Made by a program: the position numbers and the translations under genes. A model generated the notes under the pieces. The model saw only the letters and a program-made list of their open reading frames with translations, searched no databases and was not told the origin of the DNA. Source: Blastocladiella emersonii ATCC 22665 (lineage: Eukaryota > Fungi > Blastocladiomycota). Taken from it: 64,000 bases of DNA. Of this stretch, positions 23,601 to 36,965 are shown in pieces. The stretch lies in the NCBI GenBank assembly GCA_025594325.1, contig JANHCV010000014.1:1-64000 (forward strand), in the 5' to 3' direction. Positions within the stretch are counted from its first letter, which is position 1. Each line of letters starts with the position of its first letter.

Positions 23601-26600
23601 CACTTCTTCAGCTCGTCCTCGGACATGGTCGGGGCGCCGAGCGGCCGCGGCGCCGGGACAATGGCGCGCGCCTTGGGCGCGACCTCGGTTTCGAAGAAGG
23701 CGCGCAGCGTGTTGGAGATGCGCGCGATTTCCGAGTGCTCGCTGTTGAAGATGAGGCAGTTGCGGAAGATCTTGCTCACGTCGGCCACCATGTCGTCGAC
23801 CGTCAGGTAGTGCCCGTTCTTGAGCCGCTTCTCGATGCACGACATGTCCATGGGGTCCGTGATGATCTGGTAGTACTGCGGCGTCTCGGGCGGGACCGGG
23901 TGCAGGAACGGCGCCAAGAGGTCGCCCTTGCCGCGGAGCCGCTCGAGAATGTAGATGCCCGCGATCGTCATCGACGGGCTGGTATGGCCGACGCGCTGCG
24001 ACGGCGGGATGCCAATGTACGGCGGCTGCCACCCGCGCGTCGCGGGGCCGAGCGGGATCGGGACCATGGCGTGCACGGCCGCGCCCGCGCCACCGGGACC
24101 CGCAGCAGCGGCAATGGCGCGCTTACTCCCACCGCGGCCGGAGCTGGCGGCGGCCCCGCTGCCCTTGCCCTTCTCGAGCGGCTGGACCGACCACTTGACC
24201 TTGACGCGGGACAGGGGCGCCGTAAGCATCTGGTCGATCCAGTCGACGGCGTGCATCTGCGACTCGCGGAACGCGAGGGGGTCGCCGAGTACGGCGCGGG
24301 CGACGGCGGGCAGCGTCTGCACCGTGAACGTCTTGTACGTGTCGAAGGCGATGGCGCGGCGGGACCCGGGCACGAGCGCGCCCTTGTCGAGGGCGCCGAC
24401 GGCGCGGGCCATGTTGGCAAACTGGTTGGCGATGAGGACGCGGATGGCGGGCGAGGCGTCGCCGGCGAGGCATTCGAGCAGGTACTCGGCGACACCCGGG
24501 ATCAGGTACGCCTGAACGAGGAACAGGCACCGGAACGCCGTGGCGCGGACGAGCGGCGCGTTGCTGACCTCCGTGTACTCGAGGAACAGCGCGGGCCGCA
24601 TCGGGACAAGCCCCGCGAGCATCCACTGGCACAGGCACGACAGGCACGCGCTGGTCACGGCGCCCGTGCTGCTGCTCGACGTGTTGTCGGGGTCGTCGGG
24701 GTCCGCGTCGCCCGCGGCGCCGGCGGCCTGGCTCGCCGGGTCACCGCCCGTAAGCAGCTCCATGGCGCGGATCCGCTCGAGCAGGACGAGCGCGTCCTCG
24801 AGCAGCTCAGGGTCGTCGCCGAAAACGAGCTGGAACCGGCCGATCGGCTTGCCGAGGGCATCGACGGGGTCCGTCTCGGCAGCGGCGACCTTGGCGGTGG
24901 CCGAGTCAGCGGCGGCAGGATCTGAAGCAGCAGCAGCTCCGTCAGCCGCCGCCGGTTTGCCGGACGCGTCGCCGTCGGCAGCGGGCGTCGCGGGCACCGC
25001 GGCGTCGTCGGGGCCAGCGCTCGACTTGGTCTCGGGCACCTCGGACTGCTCGTCCTCGGACAGGAACCCGAAACCCATGTCGATGGTCTCGGTCGCGGCG
25101 AGGTGCGCGACCGTCTCGAGCCCGGGCGCGGCGCCCGTCGCGGCGGCTGGAGCACCCAGCGGCAGGGCCGGGAGCGCGGCGGGCTGCGGGCGCGCGCTGG
25201 CGGACCCACCGCGGCCGCGGCCACGACCACGACCCCGACCACGGCGCGCGGGAGCCGGCGGCGGCGCAGCGACCGGCAGGACGGGCAGCGGCGGAGCGGG
25301 TGCGACGAGGGCGTCGGCGGCGCCGCCCTCGGGCTGCGCGGCCTGCTTGGGCGCGGCGGTCGGGAACACGAGGAAGGCCTCGCACAGGCACCGGATGAGG
25401 AAGGCGACGTGGGTGCGGAAGTCGATGCCGCCGGTCGCGGCCTGCGAGTCCGTGTACTTGAGCATGTGGATGGCGAGGCGCTTGACCTGGTTTGGCGCGT
25501 GGCCGTGCGGGCCCTTGATGGACGAGATGGCGGCGACGGCGGCGCGGAACACAAAGTACTCCTGGAGGTCGGTCCACGCGTGCGGGCGCGGGACGAGGTC
25601 GAGGATGGCGCCCGACGGGCACGGGATCGTGTAGTGGAGGAGCACGTCGGCGAGCATCTCGAGGCCGGCCCAGTCCGTGTCGGCGGTGGCGCAGGGCACG
25701 AGCGCGGCGACCGCGTCCATGCGCAGGCGGTAGAAGACCTTGGGATCGGTGGCGAGCTTGTGCAGGAGCTGCGCGCACTGGACCGACGGGTAGTGGCGGA
25801 GGTGCGAGATGACGTCGAACTGGGCGAGGATGGACGGCGTGTGGTAGACGAGGCGCGCCCACTTGAAGTCGGGCTGCTTGAGCGTGATCGGGCACGGCCA
25901 CTCAATGTCCGGGTCGACCCACACCCACTGGATCCAGCGGTGCTGCTCGGACCCGTTGTCGTCCTTGACTGACGACAGCCACTCCTCCTCCTGGTCGTCC
26001 TTGGCGCCCGCCTCGTTGGTCTTGCCCATCATCTTCTTGTACTTGTAGCGCGAGTTGAACCGCACCTCGAAGTGCTGCTGCGAGCGCGCCACGTCGAGCG
26101 AGTGCGTGTACTACGAGTGATCGAGGTCAGCTATACACACCCCGATACTCGTACGAGAACGGACAAACGCACCACGCAGCCGTCGATCTCGAACACGGTG
26201 ACGTTGATCTGGCCCGTGAACAGGCCGCGGATCCCGGCGTTGGCGTTCCAGATGGACGTGGACTCCTGGGCGAGGTCAAACTCGATGACCTGGCGGCCGT
26301 TGTTCTGCGAGTAGGTGAACTCGATGCGCGGGACGCCGGCGCCGTCGACCCACTGGCTCCAAAAGTCCTTGATGCCGTCGGCGCTGCTCTCGCGGCGGAT
26401 CCAGCGCTGGAAGCCGGACGTGCTGAGGACCATGAGGTTGGCGAGGCCGGCGGGCGTAGCAGCCGCAGCCGCCGCTGCAGCGGCCGACGCGGACGAGGAC
26501 GAGGCCGGGTTGCTCGCGGGCCCGACGAGGAGCATCTTGTGGATGAGGGCGGTCAGGCCGCTGGACGCGGCGACCTTGGACATGCGCTTGTCGAGGGCGT

Positions 26601-28687
26601 AGGTGACGAGCGACGACTTGAGGCACAGGAAGTCCATGGACGTGTGTGGGAGGAAGTGGAGCGGCGGCATGTGGACGTCGAGGACGCCGAGGCGGGCAAT
26701 GTCCTTTTTCAGGCGGTACTGGAACTCGGTCTTTCCAAAGTGGAGGCGGAAGAAGCGCGAGGCCATGAACTGGCCGAGGCCGAGGATGGCCCAGTAGTCG
26801 CCCCAGTTTTTCGGCTGAACGAGGCACCCGAACCACTGGTAGGCGAGGGCGTGCATGAGGGCGCGGCGCTGCTCGAGGGTGCGGTCGACGTCGCCCGGGT
26901 CACACAGCCACGCGCCCGCGTCCATGAGGGTCATGCCGGCGCCGTGGTTGGTCAGGTTGGCGAACACGTCCGAGGTGAAGACGAGGCGGTGGGCGCGGAA
27001 GTCGCCGAACGGGTACATGCCGAACACGTCCGAGTAGTAGTCGATGAGGGCGCCGACAATGTGCGACGCGTGCTCGACGCGGGCGAGCGGGATCGACGGC
27101 GGGTAGTGCACGTGCACGGCGCGCGGCGGGAAGCGGTGGACCTTGGGCGTGGCGGGGGCGGCTGGATTCGCGGTGGGCGGCATGGACACGTCGGTCGCGG
27201 CCTGGGCGGCGGCCGCGTCGTCGTCGGGGATGGGGATATCGAGCGGGATGGTATGCTGGAGGAAGGCGCCGGCGACAATGGAGACGAGCGGGGCGCCAAT
27301 GGGCTCGCTGATGTGGTAGTGCGAGTGGACGAAGCCCGAGTCGTCGTCGGTGCGCGAGGAGACGAGCTGGCCCGAGGCGATGGCGACGGTTTCCTCGTCG
27401 TGGAGAGCGACGCGGCGACGGGAACGGGATGCGAGCGACTGAGCGCCGTCGGCAGCCGCCTCAGCATCGACGTCCATGCCGTCGGCGTCCGCACCGTTGA
27501 GACTCGCGTCGGCATCGGCCTCGTCGTCGTTGGCGTCGAGGTGGTCGGGGACGACGGTGAGAAAGAGGTCCCAGGTAGCGCGCTCGTGGACACGGTCGAC
27601 GCAGGGGACCCAGCAGCGGGCGGATCCGGCGATCGGGTACTCGTTGTGCGAGGCCGAGGCGGGGCGCGGCATGCAGGCGGCGTGGAAGTGGGTGGTGCCG
27701 GGGACGCCGCGCTCGGCGGCGAAGACGACGGTGGGGCTGGCCGACTCGTGCAGCTGGTACTCGATGCGGACGAGGAGCGGCTCGGGCGCGGGCGGCGGTG
27801 GTGGGGGCGCGTCAGGCTCGCCGGGTTCGGCCTTGACCTCTACCGGCGTAGCAGCGGGAGCGTCGGCGGCGGTAGAGTCGGCGGCGGGTGGGGCAGGAGC
27901 AGCAGCGGCATCGTCGGGTGTTGGTTTTGTAGTTTCGGATGTTGGTGCGGATTCGGCGGCGACGTCAGCGGCAGGAGCCGAGGGCGGTTCGGGTTTGGGC
28001 GAGGCGAGCGAGGCGTTGGACGCGGCGGCAGCAGCGGCGAGGGAGGCGAGAGGGACGAGGTGGAGCGGGCCAGTGATGCCGGCGAGAGCCGTGGTGCGCT
28101 CCTTTGGCGCGGGGGGCGGCGGCGGGGGTGGTGGCGGGGCGACGTAGTGCGGGTTGGCGATGACGAGCTCGCCGTCCTCGTACTCGAGGAAGGACTCGGA
28201 GAGGCGTGCACGCAGCTGTGTGCCGCCGATGTGCAGGTCGTCGGTGGCCTGGTCCTCGGTCACGCCCTTGAAGGCGAGGTAGGACCAGTCCTTTTGCTCG
28301 AAGGTGGCGGGGGTGCCGTTGACGGAAACGCGGTCGATGGCTAGACGCGCGGGGGTGACGCGTTAATATACACGGGTGGGAGACACGCGCTATATACGAA
28401 ACGGGAGACGGAGACGCACCGAGGCCGCGCGCATTGAGGCGGATGTGCTCGAGGTGCGGGTCGGCGGGCAGGATGCGCAGCTCGGTGTAGCCGTAGAGCG
28501 AGCGGCGGGGCAGGTCAATGGAGACGCCAACCTCCTGGTGGGCAGTGGAGGCGGAGAGATCCCGGGGATGCGCGCGGGGCGGGGCGACACGGCAGGCAGG
28601 GAAAGCGTTAGCGCGACTGCGGGCGGCGGGCTACGGGGGCGCAGACACGTATAGAGAGAACTTTCGGGCGAGCTGGTCGCGTTGCAT
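20618..28687 (-). CDS. TAF2: TFIID subunit TAF2 (M1-aminopeptidase-like fold) fused to five bromodomains, 4 exons
   Basis: AHQEVGVSIDL..GYTELRI, ARCWVPCVD, CLVQPKNWGDYW, FWSQWVDGAGVP, WIQWVWVDPDIEW and FYRLRMDAV. Five bromodomains of the PVD..Y..I..PMDL..I...N form. Introns 28652-28545 (proposed AT-AC), ~28420-28343 and ~26172-26112. Confidence 0.93.
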
Positions 28688-29053
28688 GGTGTTACATGGA
28701 CGGGTCGCCGGGGGGAGGGGCAGCGGGGGTGCGGGGCTCTTGAGGCGCCGGCGCTGGCCAAGTGCGGTCGAGTCGACCCGGGCGGGAGACGGCTGCAGCG
28801 TCACGCCAGAGCTGACGTGAATGGCAGCGCGCTTCTCGAACGCCGGGCGCACGTGAGGTGGCTGCGCCCAGCGCTTCTCTGCGCCGCCTCCCTGGCTGGC
28901 TCACCCGACCTGACCGAGCACACCGCACTCTGCCCGCGCTCTCGCAACCCTGCGCCCTTCTGCTACGCATCAAACGAACCGCGACGACCGGCGACGCCAA
29001 GATTCGCTGCAACCGCCCTCCCGCACCGAACCGAACCCATCCCTGACGCCGCC

Positions 29054-29399
29054 ATGTGCATCTGTGCGTGTGCACCCATCTCGCCGTGACGTGACGCGAG
29101 GGCTTCCGGCTCATCCACTTCGCCCTCTAGTCTCCGCCACCAAGTCCATGGAGCAGCTTGAGTCGCCGCCGTACTCGTGCCCGCTGTGCCACAACGGCAG
29201 CTCGGTGATCCTGACGCGCACCACCACCACCAACACGCTGTGCTACTGCATCACGGTCAGCACCAAGGTCGGCACCCCCGTGTACCGGTGCCAGGCGCCC
29301 GGCTGCCACTGGGCCGGCCCCGCCCAGCCCGGAGACGCGGCGGCGGCCGCGGCCGCGGGCAGCGGCACCAAGCAGTCCAACACGGCCACGGCCGTCTGA
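29054..29399 (+). CDS. Small zinc-ribbon protein (CxxC...CxxxxC), 2 exons
   Basis: MCIF|SATKSMEQLESPPYSCPLCHN...YRCQAPGCHW. The GTGCGT..TAG intron at ~29064-29130 restores the frame. Confidence 0.7.
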
Positions 29400-30273
29400 G
29401 CCGCCTGTCCGGCTGAGCGCAGTTTTGGTTCCCGGTGTGTTGTGCGCTTTCCCCCTGCCCTGTTCATCCATTGTATAGTTTACCCTTGTCCGCCCCTCTC
29501 TCCCCTTCCCTCTGTCCGCATGGCGCGGAAATACACGGGCCAGTGCCGCCCCGCTTGCACCCTCCCCGATTCTCCGAGCGAGCTGCCGCGGCGCCCATGC
29601 TGGCCTTGAGCCGAGCTGGCCCAACTCCTTGGCGACGCGACCATCGCCGGCGTGGTTGAGCGCTGCTGTACGACCCGCGACGATCGAGCGCGCGTTCGCG
29701 AGCGACCCGAGACGCGTGTCTCCACCTTCCTCGGAACGCTCGACCGGTGCATGGCGCTGCACTCGCCCGATCGATTGCTTCCCACTTGCCGTTGCGTCTT
29801 TGTTCGGCCGGGAACAAAAGGCTGCGGAGCGAGGGAACGGCGTGTCTCGCGTCTCGCGGCCGCCACGTGCGCTGCGCCGCCGCGCGAGACGCGTCGCATG
29901 TCTCCTCGCCGTTCGCGTCGCGCCACACCACGCGGACTTCCACCCTCGCCGCTTGCTTCCCCTACACTTCGCGAATGTCGCGAACACGGACTGCGCCGTG
30001 TGCCTCGACTCCGTCCCCCGCGGGCGCCGACCCCGACCCGCCCTCTCAAGGACCTGTCCTATCCTGAGCTCGAACGACGCGTCTTTCCTGACGCGCGCCG
30101 TGTTGCCCCTGATATCTCCGCGCATCCGACGCGTCTGATCTAATTCCGCGCGTGTCCTCCGCCACCCGACGGCCACGATCCCTCCCTCCCTCACCCTGCT
30201 CGACCCGGCGCGTGTCCCGCGCCCGATCCGTGTCCCGCCGCTCTTTCCTCAACGAGGATCCGCCCGACCGACC

Positions 30274-33200
30274 ATGGACGGCTCCGCGTCGCCGCCCGGC
30301 CCGCCGCTGTCGCCGCGCGAGCAGTTCCGCGTGCGCACCCCGAAGCCGTTCCAGACGTCGCACGCCGAGCTGCCGCTCGCCGGATCCGCCGCCGACGGGG
30401 CCGCCGCCCCCGCCGCCGTCATGCGGTCCGGCAGCGGCGCCCTCTTTGCGCACGCCGGTCCCGGGCCAGGGCCCGCATCATTAGGTGGTGCTCCTCGCCC
30501 GGGAGTCGGCCCGTCGCCGCTGGGGCTGGTGAGTGCTCACGCGCCGTCCTCAACAACCCCTCCCGCGTCGTACGCGACGGGCGCGCACTACCCGCCCCAC
30601 TCGCCGCCCGCCTCGCCGACCCGGCCCTCGCTCTTCTACCAGCAGCAGCGCCCGCCCTCGTCTGCCGCCGTCTACGCCGCCCCGCCACCCGCGTTCCCAC
30701 AACCGCAGCATCAGACTCCGCACGCGCACTTGTCGCGCTCCGCCACCCCCGTCGCCCTGCCGCCGCTCCCGCACTCGCCGCCCCCGCAGTCCGCCATGAA
30801 CAACTTTGCGCATTCGTCCGCCACGGGCCCGCGCGAGCGGTCCGCGTCGCCGAGCGCCCGCGTCCTGCTCGACGCCGGGTCGCCGTCGCCGTCCATGTCC
30901 GCCGCCGGTGCTGCTGCTGCCGCCCACTCGCCGCCGCCCGCAAGCCTGCCCTTTGCCGCCAACAACGGCAGCAACGCCAGCCTCAACCTCTACCCGTCCG
31001 CACCCAACGACGACAGCGACGGTCCCGATGCCGACAACGACGAGTTCCAGGACTACGACAAGCTCATGGGCGGCGCGCGCTCGGGATCGCGCCGGGTACG
31101 AACTGCTCCTCCTCTGCCGCACTCGGATCTGTGCCCTGCTAACCTCATCATCTGCGAGCGTAGGCTGGCCCGCAGCGCATGCTCGGCGCCTTCCGCAAGC
31201 ACTGGGCCCGCAACTGCGTCCTCCTCGCCGTCGGCATCCTCTGCGTCGTCCTGACCGCCGCCGCGTGGCTCTCGGCCGAGGAGCCCGTCCCGTCCGCACC
31301 GGCCGGTACGCTTCGCGCGCTCGCATCGCGTCCCTCGCCGTCACTGACCTGGTTCGCACTCGCGTAGATGCGAGCCCGCTCGCCCCGCTGCCGCCTCCGC
31401 CCTCGAAGCCGCCCGCCGACGGCCGAAAGCCCGTCTCGCTCGACGACATCTTCACCGGCACCCTCTACGCGTCCAAGTCGTCCATTGCGTGGCTTCGCGG
31501 CGGCAAGGACGGCGACTTCGTGCAGTGGGAGCCCGGCACCGGCAACTTGGTCGTGCAGCACGTCGAGGCGGACGGCTCCGGGTCCTCGGTCCTCGTCGAC
31601 GTGTCGCGCGTCGTCGGGCCCGACGGCTCGCCCATCCCCATCAACGAGGACTACGCCGTGTCCGCCGACCGCCAGTACGTGCTGCTGTCGACGCGCAAGG
31701 AAAAGCACTGGCGCCACTCGTACACGGCAGAGTACCTCGTCTACGACGTGGCCCAGCGCCGCGTCTTCCCGCTCACCACCACGGGCCGCCAGGCCAGCGT
31801 GCAGGTCGCGCGGTGGGCGCCCAGCGGGCACAACATTGCCTTTGTGCGCGACAACGACCTGTACATTTCCGTTGGCTGGCGCGAGACGCGGCTCACGTTT
31901 GACGGGTCCGCCGCCGTCATGAACGGCGTACCCGACTGGGTCTACGAGGAGGAGGTGCTGGCCGCCAACCACGCCATGTACTGGTCGCCGACGGGCGACG
32001 CGGTCGCGTGGCTGCGCTTCAACGACTCGAGTGTCCCCATCTACACGTACCCGTACTACTTTGACGCGGCGCAGCGCCGCGACTCGCCGTACCCGACCCA
32101 CATCCCGATCCGCTACCCGAAGCCCGGGTACAGCAACCCGAGCGTCTCGCTGCACCTCTACTCGATCGCCGCCCAGCCGCCCTCGCGCGCCAACCCCGTC
32201 CCGCCCATCCGCTTCCCCGCCGACCTCAACCTCGGAAACTCGCCCGCTGACATGATCTTTGCCGACGTGACCTGGGTCGGCCCGACCATGCTGATCAAGG
32301 TCATGAACCGCATCCAGAACGCCGTCAAGGTCGTCGCCATCGATGCCGCGGTCCCCGGCGCGAACCGGCTCCTCGTCGACATTGTCCGCGAGCACAAGTC
32401 GCCCGACGGCTGGCTCGAGATCTCGCACCAGCTGACGCCCGTCCCGGCCGACGCCTCGGGCACCGCGGCCCGCGGGTACCTCGACCTCGTCGACGTGGAC
32501 GGGTTCACGCACCTGGCGCTGTTCCCGACGGCGCGCGCCAAGGCCCACGTCGTGCTCACGCGTAGCGACAAGTGGGAGGTGGTCGCGATCAAGGGCGTCG
32601 ACACGGACCGCAACGTCGCGTACGTGCTGACGACGCAGCAAGGGTCGACGCTGCGGTCGATTGCCCAGGTGCGCCTCGACGGGTCCGACGCGACGGCCGC
32701 CGACGGGCCCGCGCTCGTCGACGCCACGCTCCCGCCCGGGTTCTACGCGGCGCAGTTTTCGGCGCAGGCCAAGTTCTACTGGGTCGCGTACGACGGACCC
32801 AGCGTGCCGTGGCAGGCCGTGCGCAAGCCGACCGACCCGGCCTTCAACAAGGTGCTCCAGGACAATGCCGCGCTCAACGCTACCGCGCAGCGGTACGCGC
32901 TGCCGACGGCGCAGTACACGACGATCCCAGTGCCCGCGGCTCTCGAGTCGGCGGCCGGTTCCGCCAACGCCAACGCGGCGGCGCCAATTCCCGCGACTGT
33001 CGACCTCAACGCGGCCATCTTCTACCCGCCCGGGTTCAACGCGTCGGAGCGGTACCCCGTGTTCATGCGCGTGTACGGCGGGCCCAACTCGCAGCTGGTG
33101 CAGCAGAAGTTTGACGTGGACCTGCACACGTACCTGTCGTCGGCGAAGCGCGTCGTGTGCGTGGTCGTGGACGGGCGCGGGACCGGGTTCCGCGGGCGCG

Positions 33201-33787
33201 CGTTCCGCAACGCCGTGTACCGCAACCTGGGCGACTACGAGTCGCAGGACCAGGTCAACGCGGCCAAGTGGCTCGCGGCGCAGCCGTGGGTCGACGCGTC
33301 CCGCATCGGGATCTGGGGATGGAGCTACGGCGGGTACACGACGGCCAAGGTCGTGGAGCGCAACGTCGACCGCGACCGCGTGTTCGCGTTCGGGATCTCG
33401 GTCGCGCCCGTGACCGACTGGCGGTTCTACGACTCGGTGTACACGGAGCGGTACATGTCGGTGCCGCAGGACAACGCGGCCGGGTACCGCAAGGCGGCGG
33501 TGGCGAGCATGGCCGGGTTCAAGCGCACGCGGTTCCTGCTGGTGCACGGCACGGGCGACGACAACGTGCACGTGCAGCAGTCCATGGCGCTGGTGCGCAA
33601 GCTGCAGACGTCGCAGGCGCACGCGTACCGGCTGCAGGTGTTCCCGGACTCGGACCACTCCATGAACTTTGGCAACGCGTACCGCGAGCTGTACGCGCTC
33701 ATCGACCGGTTCCTGTCGCACGTCTTCTTTGGCGACGACGAGTACGAGGTGGCGTTGCGGAAGCGCGGCCTTGTCGACGTGCTGTAG
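30274..33787 (+). CDS. DAP2: Dipeptidyl peptidase IV family (S9B; Dap2/Ste13-like type II membrane protease), 3 exons
   Basis: Long cytoplasmic N-terminus and one TM segment (CVLLAVGILCVVLTAAAWL). DWVYEEEV, GWSYGG (Ser at 33323), HGTGDDNVH and DSDHSM complete the catalytic triad. Confidence 0.93.
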
Positions 33788-33945
33788 ATTACCAGCAGTT
33801 TTGGCGTTTCCCCTCCCCTCCCACCTTTGCCGTTGTTCCTCCCCAGCGCGTCACTCGCGTGTATACCTTGTCCGCTTCATACAGACGACGGATGACTTTT
33901 TGACCTTTGGGATCTCGCCTCAGTGTGTATTCACTCGGAATGCGA

Positions 33946-35011
33946 TCACGGCCGCGGCGTCGTCGTGCCCGCGTCGCTGCGAGGGTCGCGTGGCGTGTGC
34001 GAGTCAAAGGTGCGGAAGCCGAGAATGGCCGACTCGTCATCGGCGCCCTCGAGCAGTAGCGGGACGAAAGGCTGGTTGGCAACGACGTCGTCTCCGCCGT
34101 CATACTGGGCGAGCGACGCGGCGCGCGGGTATGAGCTGGGCGACGCGGGCCACACGGTGATGGGCTCGGCCGCCATGGAATCGGTTTCGACCTGCTCGTA
34201 GCCGTCCATCGGCCGTTGATCGACGCTGAGGACGAGGAGCGCGGTGCACATCTAGCGTTCGAGGTGGTCAGCAGCGCGATGGTCGCGGCGGGCACGGCGA
34301 GGTGCGAACCAGAATGCCAGCGACGACGAGCGCCGTGTTCCCGAGCCACTGCTGCATGCTGCGATACGACTCGGACAGGGCCGGGAAGCACGGCGTGCGG
34401 TAGCCAAACTCGCGGCTCTGGATGCAGTCTAGGAGGAGCCGCATGATGGTCAGGTTAACACGGCGAGCTCGGCGCGGCCGAAGGTACCGTCGCGTCGAAG
34501 TCTCGGGATAGCGCGGTCGATCATGGTGCGAAACCCGCAGCATGCGATCTAGCGAGGACACGGCGTGAGGGCAGTTTAGCGAGACCTACAGCGGGGGCGA
34601 GAGTACGCGCGTCTGGACCTCGCGAAGCTGGGCGGGATACCAGTCGTAGCCGCGTTGCCAAGCGCCGTCGAGGATGCCGTCGACGTCGGCAAGCTCGTTC
34701 AGTGCGACCGCGGCCACGACCAGGTTGGCGAGCGCGAGCACCGCTAGCACGGTGGCCGCCGTGCGGTTCCACGCAACGTCGAGTTTCCCGAACGCGGCGA
34801 ACTGGGCGATGCTGGAGACGCTGATGGTGAAGCAACCAAAGACAATCGATGCCCGGGAAAGCGCCCCACTGGTGATGACGGCCGCGTCCGCGGTGCCCGG
34901 CAGCGATGCGGCCACGGCGACCTGGACGGCGCCGGCCACGGTGCATGCGCCGAGTGCCGCGTAGGCTGCGGTGCGCACCACCGATTGCATGGAGTTCCGT
35001 TCAGCGTTCAT
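33946..35011 (-). CDS. Tetraspanin-like protein (paralog A), 4 exons
   Basis: Four hydrophobic segments; after splicing the large loop reads REVQTR|IACCGF...D|CIQSREFGYRTPCFPAL. Confidence 0.7.
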
Positions 35012-35526
35012 GGTCGACGTCGAGTCGCGTGCAGACTGGCTGGTGCGGCCAACCAGAAGCCTTCGCGGCGGCCGCGACCCCCGTTCGAGAGCGCGCAGCT
35101 CACCGGCGCCACACTTCGCTGTTAAACACTCGCCATCATGCCCACATGGGGCTGTGGCGGCGGCTTGCGCACCCCACGCCGGCTGACCCGCGGGCGCCAC
35201 TCGCCGGACCCCCGCTCCGCCTGCGCTGCAGGAAGCTTGCCTTCGTGATGGAAGGATCCTCGTTTGGAGCGCTCGCTCTCCTCCGCTCAATCCCTTATAA
35301 ACGTCACACGCCCCCCGCTCCGCTGCTTGCCGCGCCCTTAGACCGAGAGAACCCTCGCCTGACGACTACACACCATGGAGGGTCCGTTGGCCTCGGCCGC
35401 CGCCGCGCTCGTCTGCTGCGCTCACGCCCTGAGCTGCTCCGTGTAGCCTCGACCGTCACCGTCCCGTCGGACCTGCCGCGCCACTCGAGCGAGATCACGG
35501 CCGCGCACGGCGCGACGCCGCCGACC

Positions 35527-36965
35527 ATGGCGAGCTCGGTCAAGGCCGCGCTCTTCGCGTCCAAGCTCAACGTCCTGCTCGTCTTCGTGCCCATCGGCAT
35601 CATCGCCGGCGAGCTGCACTGGAACGACGTGCTCGTTTTCTGGCTCAACTTCGTGGCCATCATCCCGCTGGCCAAGCTGCTCAGCTTCGCGACCGAGGAG
35701 CTCGCCATGTACACGAACCAGACCATCGGCGGCCTGCTCAACGCCTCGTTTGGTAACGCGACCGAGCTGCTCATGTCCGTGATCGCCCTCACCAAGGGCC
35801 TCGTCCACGTCGTGCAGGCCTCGCTCCTCGGCTCAATCCTGTCCAACCTCCTGCTAGTGCTCGGCGCCTCGTTCCTCGCCGGCGGCATGAAGTACACGGA
35901 GCAGACCTTCAACGCCACCGCCGCCAACACCTCCGCGTCGCTGCTTTCCATCGCCGTCATGGCCCTGCTCATCCCCGCCGCCTTTGTCGGCGCCGCCAAG
36001 ACCGACCTCAAGGAGACCGAGGGCCGCGTTCTCGCGCTGTCGCACTTTACCGCCATTATCCTGCTCGTCGTCTACTTCCTCTACCTCTACTTGTACGTCC
36101 ATTGATCGACGCTTGATCCGGATCTCAAGCTAACCTCTCGATTTCCCTCGTGTGCAGCCAGCTCTCCACCCACTCGCACCTCTACGACGAGAAGGCCAGC
36201 CGTGACCCGAACGCTCCCGAGACCGAGGACGACGAGGAGGCCGAGGTCCCCGTCCTCACCTCTGTCTTCGCCGGCGTGCTGCTCCTTCTCTCGACCGTCT
36301 GCGTTGCGGTACGCTGCGACTCGCTGGTTCGAGACAACCATGCATGCTCACGTCAACCATCGATCGCGTAGCTCAACTCCGAGTTCCTCGTTGGCAGTAT
36401 CGAGGGCGTCTCCAAGCAGTGGGGCATGAGCGAGACCTTTGTTGGTCTCATCCTTCTCCCGTACATGCTCTCCTCTCTACCGTTCAGTCGAACCGTGCTG
36501 ACCACTGAAGCCCTCGTCTAGTCTGGTCGGCAACGCCGCTGAGCACGTCAGTGCCGTGACCTTCGCCATGAAGAACAAGATGGACCTTGCCCTCGGCATC
36601 GCTGTCGGCAGTTCGATGCAGATCGCGCTGCTCGTCACGCCGCTCCTGGTCGTGGTCGGGTGGATCGTCAACCAGCCCATGACGCTCTTCTTCGAGCTCT
36701 TTGACACGGCCATCCTCTTTGTCTCGGTCCTCAGCGTCAACTACATCATCCAGGGTACGCCGTGTGCGCGTCCGCCGATCCCTGGCCTGATCTCATAACT
36801 TCGTCCTTGTCCGCGCGTCTAGATGGTGCCTCGAACTGGCTCGAGGGTGTGCTTCTTCTCTCGGTACGGTTATTGACATTACTTGCGGAAGTTCCTCGAT
36901 CTAACTTGATTCTTGCACCCTAGGCCTACGCCATCATCGCCGCGGCCTTCTTCATCGCGCCCTAA
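35527..36965 (+). CDS. VCX1: Vacuolar Ca2+/H+ exchanger (CAX/Vcx1), 6 exons
   Basis: [36 protein letters not shown] and GSSMQIAL motifs; five canonical GT-AG introns. Confidence 0.95.

Noticed and set aside
20885-24925. Very long antisense ORFs (e.g. 20885..24925 +, 53658..56864 +, 18084..20927 -, 42895..44715 -, 31148..33721 -)
   Set aside because: These are shadow frames of GC3-rich real genes on the opposite strand; they are Arg/Gly/Ala/Val-rich and have no domain motifs.
28533-28646. Canonical GT-AG version of TAF2 intron 1 (GTGTCT..CACCAG)
   Set aside because: It is in frame but deletes the conserved AHQ and has a poor donor. It is kept only as the alternative to the AT-AC model.
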